Positions 63,345-64,000 of a DNA stretch of 64,000 nucleotides are shown here, piece by piece. The number at the start of each line of letters is the position of its first letter. Position 1 is the stretch's first letter. A model generated the notes under the pieces. That model made no database searches, was not told where the DNA came from, and was given only the letters and a program-made list of their open reading frames with translations. The stretch is from Phoronis australis (lineage: Eukaryota; Animalia; Phoronida), in the NCBI GenBank assembly GCA_002633005.1, contig NMRA01000539.1:212084-276083 (forward strand). Reading direction: 5' to 3'. Position numbers and translations under genes: made by a program.

Positions 63345-64000
63345 AAGCGGGCGAACAAATAGGGCCAGTGCGGTTAAAGATATTTTGTTCAGACACGGGT
63401 TTCGGGAGGTATGGATAAGTGGCTTATTTATATTAAAAATTAAGCAAAGATTGCTGGATTGTGGTGCCCAAGAATGTAACATATACAGAACGTCAGCAAG
63501 TGCTCATTTTACTGTGTCATCAAAACAGATTTTTCTTGTGAAGAATATCTTTGCTGTCTACCACCAACTCTACGTAGAATACTAGCCAAATTCAGGTGCT
63601 CTGGACATCAACTAAAAATATAAACTGGTAGGCACCATGACATTCCAAAAGAGGAGAGGCTTTGTGAAATCTGGAACTGCTCATAAATTGAACACGAAAT
63701 ACATTCATTACTTAACTATCCAGTATATTAGATCATATTTTACCAGTACTATCCGGACACTATACTGATATCGAAAACATCAAATATCTATTTAACTTTA
63801 GCAACCTTTTGAAAAGGCTATCCCTATTTAAATTAAAAGCTTGTGATTTATGACAGAAAATTCTGACACAGTAAATGTGTAAATATGTATATATGTACAT
63901 GTATTGAACGTGATATGGCCATCTATACCAACTATTGCAGCTCTAAGTACAAATAAACGATCTCTGTCTCTGTCTCCCTCCCTCCCTGCATCCCTCCCTC
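63345..64000 (+). mobile_element. Paralogous copy of the RTEX/CR1-group 3' remnant
   Basis: Collinear with 38760-39450. Confidence 0.75.

Larger units (their letters stand above)
56253..64000 (+). repeat. Diverged direct segmental duplicate of 34375-39490 (continues past the right edge)
   Basis: Collinear blocks: 34375-35151/56253-56969; 36078-36170/56969-57058; 37975-38190/57060-57270; 38410-38738/57272-57625; 38743-39450/63330-64000. Confidence 0.92.

Noticed and set aside
1-64000. CRISPR arrays, tRNA/rRNA genes, prokaryotic operons, intronic C/D snoRNAs
   Set aside because: No repeat-spacer arrays or recognisable structural RNA genes were seen by eye, and the locus is spliceosomal eukaryotic. 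A covariance-model scan would be needed to exclude small RNAs.

Overview
AT-rich eukaryotic (probably marine invertebrate) genomic DNA from a draft assembly with N gaps. Four intron-containing genes can be rebuilt by hand from splice signals and translation. NUP62 lies on the minus strand and runs off the left edge. MRPS21 is on the plus strand (2 exons), head-to-head with NUP62. An unnamed ~640-aa type I Ig-superfamily receptor is on the plus strand (6 exons; IgV-IgC-mucin stalk-Ig-TM-tyrosine-motif tail). A complete 13-exon TTC38 is on the minus strand. From 56253 the window repeats, in a decayed and deleted form, the segment that starts at 34375, so a second TTC38 copy is predicted just past the right edge. 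The duplication junction is occupied by a 6.8-kb inverted-repeat/hairpin-ended element. It carries a partial-tandem Penelope-like retroelement (RT + GIY-YIG) with minimal hammerhead ribozyme motifs. The second copy also holds a 5.7-kb TTAA-targeting THAP (Kolobok-like) transposon derivative built from two 5' ends. Many MITEs, foldback elements and LINE 3' remnants are present. All homology calls come from remembered motifs, not database searches.
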